A program made the position numbers and the translations under genes. The notes below the pieces were generated by a model. The model had not been told where the DNA came from. It worked only from the letters and a program-made list of their open reading frames with translations, and did no database searches. Below are positions 19,630-28,879 of a stretch of DNA of 64,000 bases, in pieces. The number at the start of each line of letters is the position of its first letter. Positions within the stretch are counted from its first letter, which is position 1. This DNA comes from Chitinophagaceae bacterium (GTDB lineage Bacteria; Bacteroidota; Bacteroidia; Chitinophagales; JADJOU01): the NCBI GenBank assembly GCA_017495115.1, contig JAFEIJ010000030.1:1709-65708 (forward strand). Reading direction: 5' to 3'.

Positions 19630-19664
19630 AAGCCTGCTTTCAAAAAATTGAAAGTAGGCTTTTA
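19630..19664 (+). terminator. Rho-independent terminator after the Cys-rich protein gene
   Basis: 14-bp stem AAGCCTGCTTTCAA / TTGAAAGTAGGCTT (one G-U pair), AAAA loop, followed by TTTATT. Confidence 0.7.
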
Positions 19665-19672
19665 TTATAAAA

Positions 19673-20818
19673 ATGGCGAAAATTATTACACTTTTTTTAT
19701 TAGTAACCTCCTTCAAGGTAAATGCACAAAACTTGATTATAAATCCTGATTTTGAACAAATATCGTCAGATTCGACGATTCATATCTTACATGAGCCTGG
19801 AGGATATGATGATGTTTATGAAATACCTGATAGTATGCTGACTGAAGATAAGCACCCATACTATGAATCCGCAAAAATAAGTTCGTGGAGTCATGAAAAA
19901 GTTTTTAACAAAAATGGTTTTATAAGTAAAGGTATCGTGAAGTTGCCTCATTCGGGTAAAAACTTTGCAGAACTTTGTTATTTTGGTTTTGGAGATAAAA
20001 CATATTACGTAAGTGATCGCGTTGCTATCCTTAAAGAATCTTTAATAAAGGATTCAAATTACTTGTTTGAAATGCATATTCGACCCTTTTTTGGCAATTT
20101 TTTAGCAAAAGATTTTTTAGTCCTTTTTACAGATAAAAAATATGACTTTTTTTATCTGTATGATTATGACAAAAAAAAATTTAAATATAAAAAACAAACC
20201 GATACTTTTCCAAATAGTATTCGAGTTTTATTAGATAACGACACCAATGTTTATCAAAAAATTAAAATTGAGTATAAAGCAAAAGGTGGTGAAAGATATA
20301 TTAATTTTGGAAATCTTTACGGAGGTATTCCTGAAACCATTTATCCACAAAAGTATGGTGCTTCATACACAAATTTTAATATAAATAAAGAAAGTTTATG
20401 CTATTATATGATTGATGATTTTTCATTAACTTTAATATCAGATACGGCTTTAAAAGAAGTCAAAGATTTTGTAGAAACTAGTATTAATACAAATGATTCA
20501 ATAATTCAAAATATATCTGATACACTTTATTATACCTTTTATTTTTCTAAAAATTCCTTTCAAATATTGAATAACGAAGCGTTAAACTTTATCCCCAATA
20601 CAATTGATAAGCTTGTAATTACAGGGTATACGAGTGAAGAAGGAAGTGTTGAATACAATAACTTTTTAGCCCATAGTAGAGTTAAAGAAGTTATTAATAC
20701 TTATTTTTTGGATGTTTCTAAAACTAAAATAGAAGAAAAAATTATTGGAGAAACCAATAGTGATAGAATGATTGAAAAAAATAGACGTGTTCAAATTATG
20801 ATTATTCAGAGTAAATAA
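19673..20818 (+). CDS. OmpA-family protein (N-terminal jelly-roll-like domain plus C-terminal OmpA-like domain)
   Basis: 381 aa. Signal peptide. NLIINPDFEQ start typical of Flavobacteriia OmpA-family proteins. C-terminus ITGYTSEEGSVEYNNFLAHSRVKEV...NRRVQIMI. Confidence 0.6.
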   Translation: MAKIITLFLLVTSFKVNAQNLIINPDFEQISSDSTIHILHEPGGYDDVYEIPDSMLTEDKHPYYESAKISSWSHEKVFNKNGFISKGIVKLPHSGKNFAELCYFGFGDKTYYVSDRVAILKESLIKDSNYLFEMHIRPFFGNFLAKDFLVLFTDKKYDFFYLYDYDKKKFKYKKQTDTFPNSIRVLLDNDTNVYQKIKIEYKAKGGERYINFGNLYGGIPETIYPQKYGASYTNFNINKESLCYYMIDDFSLTLISDTALKEVKDFVETSINTNDSIIQNISDTLYYTFYFSKNSFQILNNEALNFIPNTIDKLVITGYTSEEGSVEYNNFLAHSRVKEVINTYFLDVSKTKIEEKIIGETNSDRMIEKNRRVQIMIIQSK

Positions 20819-20851
20819 CCTTTTATAACATAAAGTTTTTTCCTAGATTCT

Positions 20852-23800
20852 TTACAAACCCACCACCTTAAAAAATGCATTGATAAATAAGGCGCCGTTG
20901 TTTTTATGTGGTGGCACATAATCTTTAAAATCTTTGTGGGCGCTATATTTTTGTTTTTGTTCATCCCAAAAACTTGCCCAATCGATGTCTTGTTTGGTTC
21001 GGATTTTTTCGGCCAATAACTTTAACGTGGGGTCGTTGATACTCATCGTTCCGACTTGTTTGGTCGATAAAATTTGCGCATTGGGACTTCTTTCAAGCAA
21101 TTCGGGAATTTTATAATATCCCCCACAACTTCCCATAAAAATAAATTTAGGTGAACCTATCATCTGATCAATGGTTTTTTGCGCATGATAACTATGGCCG
21201 CGATGCACAATGATTGAAGGTTCCATTTGATTAACCGTTAAATACTGCGCGATGGCCGCTTGTCCTTCTTTTTCAAACTGGGGTTTATTTGCCAAAAAAT
21301 CAATTTCAGTACCCTGCATCGAACTGAGATAATAATAACTTCCCAAATCTTTTATATACCAATTGGAAAGATTTTTGAATGTATTTACAAAACTGTTAAA
21401 CGACATAATTCCGTCGGCGTCATTATAAAAATAGCTGGTTATGATCACTTTTTTATTTTGTATCAAATCGGCTACTTTCAACGAAGTTACCGAATGTTTG
21501 GCATACTTACTTTCCATCGAAAGAAACCAACTCCTTTCCACGTGTGCTCGTTTTCCAATATTGCTTGCCAAAAGACTGTAAACCGCCATTCCGAGTTGAT
21601 CTTGTATCGCTTCAGACTTGTCAAATTCTTTTTTAATTTGTTGCTGAAGCTTTGATTGAATCGTTTCATTTTCGCATTTTGCTATAAATTCGGAGATATT
21701 AGCGGCATGTTCGAGTGCGTGAATGTCGGAAAAGTCAATTTGTATTAATTTTTCTATAAACTGATTCTGTTGGTTTTCATTGGCATGCGTTAAGAAAAAG
21801 GTAGGAAATTTATTAAATTCGGCCAAAAGATTACAAAATTCGCGAAAACGGTAATAATTGACTTGTTCGAAAAAAGTAAGTATATCAAAAGAGCCCGCAG
21901 CTACCATCAAGGCCGAATAAAACTGATTAAACGTAAAATCAAATAATTCCTCACGACCCAAAATCATAAAACTGTATAACGCTTTGTAGCTAAACTGTTT
22001 GATTTGAGATAATGTAGGATTAGAAACATTGGGTTTGTCGTTAATCTCGCGTATTAGTTTTAACGAAAGTTCATTCTGCTCCGATTCAACGCTATGCAGT
22101 CCGACAGGCTTTTTAGAAACCGAAATTTCACACAAATTTTGAAGATACGTTATTTGGTTTTGGCTGATAGTATGCGCACCATCTATATTTGTTTTATTTT
22201 TTATAATCAAATCGAATAACGCATACGCTTTGGTGTTATACTTATATTTTTCATAGATTTGCTTGAGAATCTCTACATTTTTGTTTGAATTGGATTTTAG
22301 CGTCTGATAAACTGCATTTTCGGAAGGCACTAAATATTTTTTAATACTATTGGGCGCTGCTATTGCCACTTTTGTCATGATTTCATCAAAATCTTTTCTG
22401 GATGACAACTTTTCTTTATTATTAAAAATCGTATTGGGATGATAACTGCATAAATAATTTAAAAACGGCCCACCGATAGCACTTCCCAAAATAGCATTGA
22501 TATTTGAATCTACCTGATTTAAATTTCGAGTCCATTTGAGCATCGAAAATTGAATTTTATTTAGATTAAACGTCTTAACTAATTGATTTTTCTTTACTAA
22601 TTCTTTTTGTCGTTTTTCGCCTTCGGGGTCAAATTTGGTCGTTAACCAATGGGTATTTTTTAAACTAGGCTTATTTAAATCTTGATATTTTTCTTTTTCA
22701 AGCAAAAGCCCGAGCGCATCTTGCTCAAAACAGCTATAAAGCTTTTTATTAAGGCGCAGTTCGGTAATTTTTATTAGAAACTGCTGCATAATATAATCAG
22801 GCATCAGTTTTATAGGCTCCGAGGAAACATCCTTTACTTTTTCGCTCTGCAAATAATCCAACATAAACTCCAATTCTTCGCGACCTAAAAATTTATGACT
22901 CATCGCCGTAAGCATAAACAACTCGTCGGAAGAAAACGATAAAAACACTTTTTCGCCCTTATCGATATAATCAATAAAAATCCATTTTCCTATTTTTGAA
23001 ACATATTCAATCGTCGAATACCTTCCCAAGGCCTTTTCGTCTTGAGCAATTTTTAATAAAATTTTGGTATAATTCATTTTATACCGCACAAAATCAACTT
23101 CTTTGGTCGCATTAAATCCATTTTTTTCGATTTCATCTAAATAAAAATAAAGCGTGGATAGATTTCCAAATTCATTTTTAAGAGAAAGAATGGTTTTTAT
23201 CGCAGGGTTTGTACTATTTTGCACTATAGTTTTTAGTAATGGATTATTATCATAATGATTCAAGAACTCTTGAGGATGATTGATAACGTGCTGTTCGACC
23301 ACTTCATTAATAAAAGAAAACAAATACAATTCATCCAAATATTGATAAATAATTCGTGGATTTTGAATGCCAATTTTCAAAATCATCTTTTTTAATACAT
23401 TTTGATTGGGCACCAAAAGCAAGGCATTCATGATTTCTTCGGGATAATAATCTGCCAAGTCAATTAAATTACCATTTTCGGAATAATGAACCATTGTGGG
23501 AAAAAATCGGATGGCTCGGCGGTAATTCCGATCTTCCATTTTTTTATTTGCAAATAAACTTAAATTGGCTTCGGTAAGAAAATTATCGATATATTTAAGA
23601 TATACAATTTTATTGTTGGTTTTGATTTTATCGTCGGTTTTTAATGAAATCATGACATCTAAAACATCGATAAAAAATAAAGAATCTTCTTTTTCGTATT
23701 TATTTTTGAGCGCAATATACTGCTCGTCGATACTTTTCTCAACGTTTTCGATAGACCAAGAATTGCTCCAACCGAATTGAAAACTTAAAAGCAAAATAAA

Positions 23801-23854
23801 AAATGCAATTTTCCGCAACAAAATTCGTATTTTGTAATTTACAAATATATACAA
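20852..23854 (-). CDS. Large (1,000 aa) hypothetical exported protein; C-terminal region has a caspase-like His...Cys arrangement
   Basis: Long clean ORF. Hydrophobic N-terminus (IAFFILLLSFQFGW). Composition of the first ~850 aa suggests a mostly helical body. C-terminus has PSIIVHRGHSYH (nt 21181-21214) and KFIFMGSCGGY (nt 21121-21140). Confidence 0.6.
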   Translation of the reverse strand: MYIFVNYKIRILLRKIAFFILLLSFQFGWSNSWSIENVEKSIDEQYIALKNKYEKEDSLFFIDVLDVMISLKTDDKIKTNNKIVYLKYIDNFLTEANLSLFANKKMEDRNYRRAIRFFPTMVHYSENGNLIDLADYYPEEIMNALLLVPNQNVLKKMILKIGIQNPRIIYQYLDELYLFSFINEVVEQHVINHPQEFLNHYDNNPLLKTIVQNSTNPAIKTILSLKNEFGNLSTLYFYLDEIEKNGFNATKEVDFVRYKMNYTKILLKIAQDEKALGRYSTIEYVSKIGKWIFIDYIDKGEKVFLSFSSDELFMLTAMSHKFLGREELEFMLDYLQSEKVKDVSSEPIKLMPDYIMQQFLIKITELRLNKKLYSCFEQDALGLLLEKEKYQDLNKPSLKNTHWLTTKFDPEGEKRQKELVKKNQLVKTFNLNKIQFSMLKWTRNLNQVDSNINAILGSAIGGPFLNYLCSYHPNTIFNNKEKLSSRKDFDEIMTKVAIAAPNSIKKYLVPSENAVYQTLKSNSNKNVEILKQIYEKYKYNTKAYALFDLIIKNKTNIDGAHTISQNQITYLQNLCEISVSKKPVGLHSVESEQNELSLKLIREINDKPNVSNPTLSQIKQFSYKALYSFMILGREELFDFTFNQFYSALMVAAGSFDILTFFEQVNYYRFREFCNLLAEFNKFPTFFLTHANENQQNQFIEKLIQIDFSDIHALEHAANISEFIAKCENETIQSKLQQQIKKEFDKSEAIQDQLGMAVYSLLASNIGKRAHVERSWFLSMESKYAKHSVTSLKVADLIQNKKVIITSYFYNDADGIMSFNSFVNTFKNLSNWYIKDLGSYYYLSSMQGTEIDFLANKPQFEKEGQAAIAQYLTVNQMEPSIIVHRGHSYHAQKTIDQMIGSPKFIFMGSCGGYYKIPELLERSPNAQILSTKQVGTMSINDPTLKLLAEKIRTKQDIDWASFWDEQKQKYSAHKDFKDYVPPHKNNGALFINAFFKVVGL

Positions 23855-23988
23855 AAAGTTAAAAATAGTAGTTTAATTTCGAAGGAGGGAATTCAAAAAT
23901 TCAAATTTACTATACTCCCAATCATTATTTTAAGTATAAATCTAAATTATGAAATTAAAAGAATCTAAAATTTTAATAAATTAATATC

Positions 23989-24006
23989 TTATTTTATTTG
24001 AACCAT
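23989..24006 (-). pseudogene. Remnant of a RelE/ParE toxin gene (first 5 codons MVQIK, then stop)
   Basis: Minus-strand ATGGTTCAAATAAAATAA. The first 15 nt are identical to the start of the intact toxin at 24991 (ATGGTTCAAATAAAATGGACG...). It overlaps the orphan antitoxin stop in the same way as in the intact pair. Confidence 0.7.
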
Positions 24007-24158
24007 GAATCGATTTCTCTATCTAGTTCCTCTTCTGAAATAGTTTCTCCATTTCTAACCTCTTCTATTCCATTTACAATTTTTTTAAAAATTAGCTCCT
24101 TCGAATAAGGATCGGAAAGATCTTCAAAGGTTTCCAAAATTTTGCTTTTTTGAACCAT
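23994..24158 (-). CDS. Orphan antitoxin paralogue (54 aa), below the ORF-track length cutoff
   Basis: My translation is MVQKSKILETFEDLSDPYSKELIFKKIVNGIEEVRNGETISEEELDREIDSWFK. It aligns with the 60-aa antitoxin at 24979-25161 (MLQKSKVLETLEDLPDRFS...NGETISEEELDKEIDSWFK). Confidence 0.7.
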   Translation of the reverse strand: MVQKSKILETFEDLSDPYSKELIFKKIVNGIEEVRNGETISEEELDREIDSWFK

Positions 24159-24185
24159 AAAAAAATCTTCTATTTTATAGTGAAC

Positions 24186-24557
24186 CTAAATCGACAACTC
24201 TTGAAATTTTTTTCTAAATGCTATAGGATTAAGAATGTTAGGGAAGGTCTCTCTGGTGCCACCTGAGCCAACAATCTGTATGGTTCCGTAACCAAGAATT
24301 CTGCCTAAGATACTTTGATCAACATTAACACTTTCAATTTTTGAATGATTCATTTCAAAGGTCTTTCTACTTATCAAACCGGTTTTTATTATCACACGCT
24401 TGTTGGTAATAACAAACTCATCAGAATGTTTATCAATAAAAGGCATAATAAAAAGCGTAAAGAGCGCTCGTAGATTACAGAAAATTATCCAATGGTATGT
24501 GGTTTCTAGTTCTACTTTTTCATCTTTAATTAAATTGTTGTCAACGTATTTTCCCAT
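24186..24557 (-). CDS. Bacterial PH-domain (YdbS/bPH_2-like) membrane protein
   Basis: 123 aa. TM hairpin followed by FVITNKRVIIKTGLISRKTFEMNHSKIESVNVDQSILGRILGYGTIQI. Confidence 0.7.
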   Translation of the reverse strand: MGKYVDNNLIKDEKVELETTYHWIIFCNLRALFTLFIMPFIDKHSDEFVITNKRVIIKTGLISRKTFEMNHSKIESVNVDQSILGRILGYGTIQIVGSGGTRETFPNILNPIAFRKKFQELSI

Positions 24558-24682
24558 TTCAATATGATTATAATTGTTTTTGTTTTAAAAATTATGCAAT
24601 AATAATAAATTCTATAGAAATGTAATATTGTTTTAAGTAATATGAATACATTACTGATGAAGTCAGAAGGTTTATATTGTAA

Positions 24683-24991
24683 TTACTTAGGGAAATTTAA
24701 TTTGATTTTTTTCAAATTTCTTGCACCATGTATTACCGCTAAGATAAATGCCGTTTTATTATTTGGGGCATAATAAATAATTCTATAATTTCCTTGAATT
24801 AACTCACGAATCTTTTGATCTTCATACTCAGGAACTTGTCTTCCAATCTGAATAAAAGATTTTAGTATTTCCGTTTTTATTCTAATATTTTTGATGGTAT
24901 TTTGGGCATATACAAAACTGTCTTTAGAAATGAATTCCTTTATTTCTTTTAGATCTTGCCTTGCTTGATGCGTCCATTTTATTTGAACCAT
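24683..24991 (-). CDS. Type II toxin, RelE/ParE family
   Basis: 102 aa. IKWTHQARQDLKEIKEFI...GRQVPEYEDQKIRELIQGNYRIIYY. Overlaps the upstream antitoxin by 13 nt. Confidence 0.8.
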   Translation of the reverse strand: MVQIKWTHQARQDLKEIKEFISKDSFVYAQNTIKNIRIKTEILKSFIQIGRQVPEYEDQKIRELIQGNYRIIYYAPNNKTAFILAVIHGARNLKKIKLNFPK

Positions 24992-25161
24992 GAATCTATT
25001 TCTTTGTCTAATTCTTCTTCAGAAATTGTTTCTCCATTACTCATTTCTTCTAGTCCTCTTTCAATTTTTTCTATGACATACATTTTTTCAAATAGCTCAT
25101 CCATCGAAAATCGATCGGGCAAATCTTCTAATGTTTCTAAAACTTTGCTTTTTTGTAACAT
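24979..25161 (-). CDS. Cognate antitoxin of the RelE/ParE toxin
   Basis: 60 aa, acidic, directly upstream of and overlapping the toxin gene. Confidence 0.7.
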   Translation of the reverse strand: MLQKSKVLETLEDLPDRFSMDELFEKMYVIEKIERGLEEMSNGETISEEELDKEIDSWFK

Positions 25162-25302
25162 ATAGTTTTTTTATAATGCAAAAATACTATTTTAATTATA
25201 AAAATAAAAATTAATGTTACCTTTTAAATACAAATACTTGATAGATATCAAATTTATTATGTTTTTTGAATCATAATATCTCACCCAATCATTATTTTAG
25301 CT

Positions 25303-25310
25303 TAAATTTG
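25303..25310 (+). promoter_or_regulatory. -7 promoter box (TAnnTTTG) upstream of dusB
   Basis: TAAATTTG, 18 nt upstream of the ATG at 25328. Confidence 0.45.
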
Positions 25311-25327
25311 CAGATTATTTTAAAAAA

Positions 25328-26335
25328 ATGATTCAAATTGGCAATGAAAATATCGGCACGTTTCCATTATTGTTAGCCCCAATGGAAGACGTGTCGGACC
25401 CTCCTTTTCGCGCTTTATGCAAAGAGCATGGCGCAGATTTGATGTACACTGAATTTATTAGCACCGACGGGTTGGTTCGCAATGCCGAAAAAAGCATTCA
25501 AAAATTAGATATATACGATTACGAACGCCCTATTGGAATCCAGATTTTTGGCAGCGATTTTGAAGCCATGAAATATTCCGCAATTATTGTAGAACGACAT
25601 AAGCCTACATTATTAGATATAAATTACGGTTGCCCAGTAAAAAAAGTGGTTTGCCGAGAAGCGGGCGCTGGTATTCTGAAAAATATTCCAAAAATGATTG
25701 CGCTAACTAAAGCGGTCATTGAAAGCACTTCACTGCCTGTAACAGTTAAAACACGCTTGGGCTGGGATGTGGAAACGATAAATATTGAAGAAGTAGCCGA
25801 AAGACTTCAAGATATTGGCATTCAAGCACTTTCGATTCATGCTCGTACGCGAGTACAAATGTATAAAGGCCACAGCGACTGGAGTTGGATTGCTAAAGTG
25901 AAAAATAACCCAAGAATTAAAATTCCAGTTTTTGGAAATGGCGATATCGACAGTCCTGAAAAAGCCTATGAATATAAAAATAAATTTGGTGTTGATGGCA
26001 TTATGATTGGCCGAGCGGCTATTGGAAATCCTTGGATTTTTAGAGAAATCAAACATTATTTTGAACATAAAACGATGTTAGGGCCTCCTACGCTCGAAGA
26101 ACGCATCGATGCTGCCAAAAAACACCTTTCGCATTCGATACGTTGGAAAGGCAACAATCTTGGAATATTAGAAATGCGAAGACATTATGCCAATTATTTC
26201 AAAGGATTGCCTGATGTAAAAGAATTTAGAATGCGACTTACCAATACCATGAATTACGAAGAGCTTCAAGAGATATTTAGTGACCTATATCAAAAATATA
26301 AAGGTTTTGAATATTCGGGTGTTGTAGCGCAATAA
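25328..26335 (+). CDS. dusB: tRNA-dihydrouridine synthase
   Basis: 335 aa. LLAPMEDVSDPPFR, INYGCPVKKV, TVKTRLGWD, SIHARTR, GNGDI, MIGRAAIGNPWIF. Confidence 0.9.
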   Translation: MIQIGNENIGTFPLLLAPMEDVSDPPFRALCKEHGADLMYTEFISTDGLVRNAEKSIQKLDIYDYERPIGIQIFGSDFEAMKYSAIIVERHKPTLLDINYGCPVKKVVCREAGAGILKNIPKMIALTKAVIESTSLPVTVKTRLGWDVETINIEEVAERLQDIGIQALSIHARTRVQMYKGHSDWSWIAKVKNNPRIKIPVFGNGDIDSPEKAYEYKNKFGVDGIMIGRAAIGNPWIFREIKHYFEHKTMLGPPTLEERIDAAKKHLSHSIRWKGNNLGILEMRRHYANYFKGLPDVKEFRMRLTNTMNYEELQEIFSDLYQKYKGFEYSGVVAQ

Positions 26336-26386
26336 TCTAAATTTTTACTTAACATTTTAAAAATAAATTCATTAAAAAAATATTTG

Positions 26387-26394
26387 TACCTTTG
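26387..26394 (+). promoter_or_regulatory. -7 promoter box (TAnnTTTG) upstream of the transketolase N-subunit gene
   Basis: TACCTTTG, 21 nt upstream of the ATG at 26415. Confidence 0.45.
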
Positions 26395-26414
26395 TCACAA
26401 ATTTAATTTTAATA

Positions 26415-27263
26415 ATGGATATCAAACATCTTGAATCTATAGCCCTTAATGTAAGAAAACATATTATTAATATGAGTACCGATGGAGGTTGCTTTATTGG
26501 TGCTTCATTGTCTTGTACGGATTTATTGGTATATTTATATAAAGAATATTTATCGATTGATTCTACCCGTTTTAGTGATCCTAATCGCGACTATTTATTA
26601 TTAAGCAAAGGACACGATGTGCCTGCATTGTATGGATTATTTGTAGAATTAGGTTGGCTAGAAGCTTCACGATTATCCAATCATTTAAAAAGTAATGACT
26701 CGATTTATTGGCATCCAAATCGAAATATTCCAGGTGTAGAATTCCATTCGGGTTCTCTAGGTCATTTACCCGCGGTTTCTTTAGGCATTGCTCAAGATAT
26801 TAAAATCCGTGGAGGCAAAAATAAAGTCGTTTGTATTTTAGGCGATGGCGAATGTAACGAAGGCTCTGTATGGGAAACCATGCTTGTTGCCAGCGCTAAA
26901 AAAATTGACAATATCATTTTTGTTATAGACCGAAATCATTTTCAGGCAAATATGGCTACGGAAGATTTAATTCCTCTAGAACCAATGGAAGATAAATTTA
27001 AAGCATTTGGTGCGGAAGTGATTCGAATTGATGGCCATGATTACGCGGCATTAGACCAGGGATTTAAAAATTTAAAACTATATCAAGGTAAACCTTGCGT
27101 AGTTATTTGCGATACAATGAGAGGAAAAGGATTACCGAGTATTGAAGCGCGCGCCGATAGATGGTTTTGCAACTTTAATTCGGATGAAATAGAACAATTA
27201 CACAAAGAACTGCTTGGAGAACATCGCACCACTTTAACTTCTGAAACTTTAACTGTAAGATAA
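26415..27263 (+). CDS. Transketolase, N-terminal (TPP-binding) subunit of a split enzyme
   Basis: 282 aa. SKGHDVPALY, GSLGHLPAVSLGIA, ILGDGECNEGSVWE. Confidence 0.85.
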   Translation: MDIKHLESIALNVRKHIINMSTDGGCFIGASLSCTDLLVYLYKEYLSIDSTRFSDPNRDYLLLSKGHDVPALYGLFVELGWLEASRLSNHLKSNDSIYWHPNRNIPGVEFHSGSLGHLPAVSLGIAQDIKIRGGKNKVVCILGDGECNEGSVWETMLVASAKKIDNIIFVIDRNHFQANMATEDLIPLEPMEDKFKAFGAEVIRIDGHDYAALDQGFKNLKLYQGKPCVVICDTMRGKGLPSIEARADRWFCNFNSDEIEQLHKELLGEHRTTLTSETLTVR

Positions 27264-27275
27264 AAATTTAATATC

Positions 27276-28082
27276 ATGAATCGTCAACTTATACAATTTT
27301 GTATTTTAACATTAATTTTGAGCTTAAATACTTCATTATTTGCTCAAAACACAAAAAGATATCCTAAAGGATACAAACCGAGCAGTTCTAAAGTAGCTGC
27401 GGAAAAGTCAAAAGCCGAAGCCGAAAAAGCGAAAGCGCTTGAGGAAAGTCGCAAAAAAATGGCAGAAAAATCAAAAGCCAAGTTTGAAAAATCAAGTGGT
27501 TCGAACGATAGTAAATCTTCGACAAGTTTTAGCGATAAGTCAAAACTATTTACTCAAGTAGATTTTACTGGAAGCCCAACACTAAAGATAAATGGTTCAA
27601 CCAGTGCTACCGTTTCGGGAAGTATTGCCGCAGGATTTCAAGCGACACCAAATTTAAGTATAGGTATTTATGGCTCAACCAATCTTTATACTTCGCAAAA
27701 AGGAGAAGCCTACAATATTACGGACATTAGTAAAGTCATTGAAGTGAATACGTTTAGACAATCAACCGTAGGTTTAACTTTAGGTTTTACAATCAATCCA
27801 AAACATATTGTGCAGTTTACACCCGAAATTCGTGGTGGATACAGTTTTATGAATATTCAAGGAGTTGATTTTGCAACAGATCAAAAATCATTTATCGAGT
27901 ACCATTACATCAATATCAACCCTAGATTAAATATTGGATTTAAAGTTAGCGATTACGCTACTTTCGGAATTAACGGAGGTTATCAAATACCACATTTTGT
28001 AAAAGGGACTGCGCTAAGTATTTATGAAGCACAGCATCCTACGGCTGGATTATTTTTTAGATTCCAATTGCCTAAATACTAA
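27276..28082 (+). CDS. Hypothetical outer-membrane beta-barrel candidate with a Lys/Glu/Ser-rich N-terminal linker
   Basis: 268 aa. Signal peptide ending LFAQ. Low-complexity KSKAEAEKAKALEESRKK region. Alternating-hydrophobic C-terminal half ending FRFQLPKY. Confidence 0.45.
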   Translation: MNRQLIQFCILTLILSLNTSLFAQNTKRYPKGYKPSSSKVAAEKSKAEAEKAKALEESRKKMAEKSKAKFEKSSGSNDSKSSTSFSDKSKLFTQVDFTGSPTLKINGSTSATVSGSIAAGFQATPNLSIGIYGSTNLYTSQKGEAYNITDISKVIEVNTFRQSTVGLTLGFTINPKHIVQFTPEIRGGYSFMNIQGVDFATDQKSFIEYHYININPRLNIGFKVSDYATFGINGGYQIPHFVKGTALSIYEAQHPTAGLFFRFQLPKY

Positions 28083-28083
28083 A

Positions 28084-28512
28084 ATGGGGAGCGTAAAAAC
28101 TCATCAAACCGAAGAAACGATAAACGATTTTATCGAGCGATTTGTAGAAAAATCTGCTCAAAAAGAAGACGCCCGTTTTTTAGTTGATTTTTTTAAAAAA
28201 ATTACAGGATTTGAAGCAAAAATGTGGGGCCCCTCCATGATTGGTTTTGGTTCCTATCATTATAAATCCGACAAAAGTAAACAAGAAGGCTCATGGCCAT
28301 TAATAGCTTTTTCACCAAGAAAAGCGGCAATTTCATTATATGTTTATTCTGGGCTCGAATCACATGCTGCGATGCTCAATGATTTGGGTACGTTTAAAAT
28401 GGGCAAAGCGTGTATTTATGTCAAAAAAGTGTCAGATATAAATCTTAAAGTACTTGAAAACCTGACCCTTTTTACCATTTCTTATCTTAAAGAAAAATAT
28501 CCAGACGTTTAA
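28084..28512 (+). CDS. DUF1801 (YdhG-like) domain protein
   Basis: I chose the ATG at 28084 (MGSVKTHQTEETINDFIERF...) rather than 28024, because 28024 overlaps the preceding gene. Pattern MWGPSMIGFGSYHYKS...ISLYV. Confidence 0.6.
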   Translation: MGSVKTHQTEETINDFIERFVEKSAQKEDARFLVDFFKKITGFEAKMWGPSMIGFGSYHYKSDKSKQEGSWPLIAFSPRKAAISLYVYSGLESHAAMLNDLGTFKMGKACIYVKKVSDINLKVLENLTLFTISYLKEKYPDV

Positions 28513-28588
28513 TTTATTTAAATGAAAACAAATCTTTTTATTCAAAAGCAGACCTACTTTCACTTACTTACTTACTAGCCTTTTAAAT

Positions 28589-28879
28589 TTGATGGTTGGT
28601 ACATTTCTTTTTGATAATTATTGGGATGATTTCAATAAAAGAATTTTAAGGTCTTTAATTTACTTTCTTCCAGCTGCTTATTTCATTTACGAAATGTTTA
28701 CAACCAAATATGTCATCAAAGACAATTTGATTCGATATCAATTTGGATTTTTAAAAGGCAATATTTCTATTGAAGACATTAAATTGATTCAACTAGGAAA
28801 AACGATGAAATGTCATAAAAATAGCCCCGATAGCAGCGAATATCCTCTGGAGCGAAGCGGAAGAGATAGAAGCGAATAG
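28589..28879 (+). pseudogene. Truncated PH-like membrane protein gene, C-terminus replaced by a GC-rich repeat element
   Basis: The family-like part YVIKDNLIRYQFGFLKGNISIEDIKLIQLGKTM stops abruptly. It runs into KCHKNSPDSSEYPLERSGRDRSE, which is encoded by the GC-rich element. A possible original 5' end (ATG 28522, MKTNLFIQKQTYFHLLTY, then stop) is in another frame. Confidence 0.45.

Noticed and set aside
28024-28083. The N-terminal 20-codon extension of the DUF1801 ORF, which overlaps the end of the preceding gene.
   Set aside because: The extension (MKHSILRLDYFLDSNCLNTK) lies inside the upstream CDS. The ATG at 28084 gives a typical family N-terminus.
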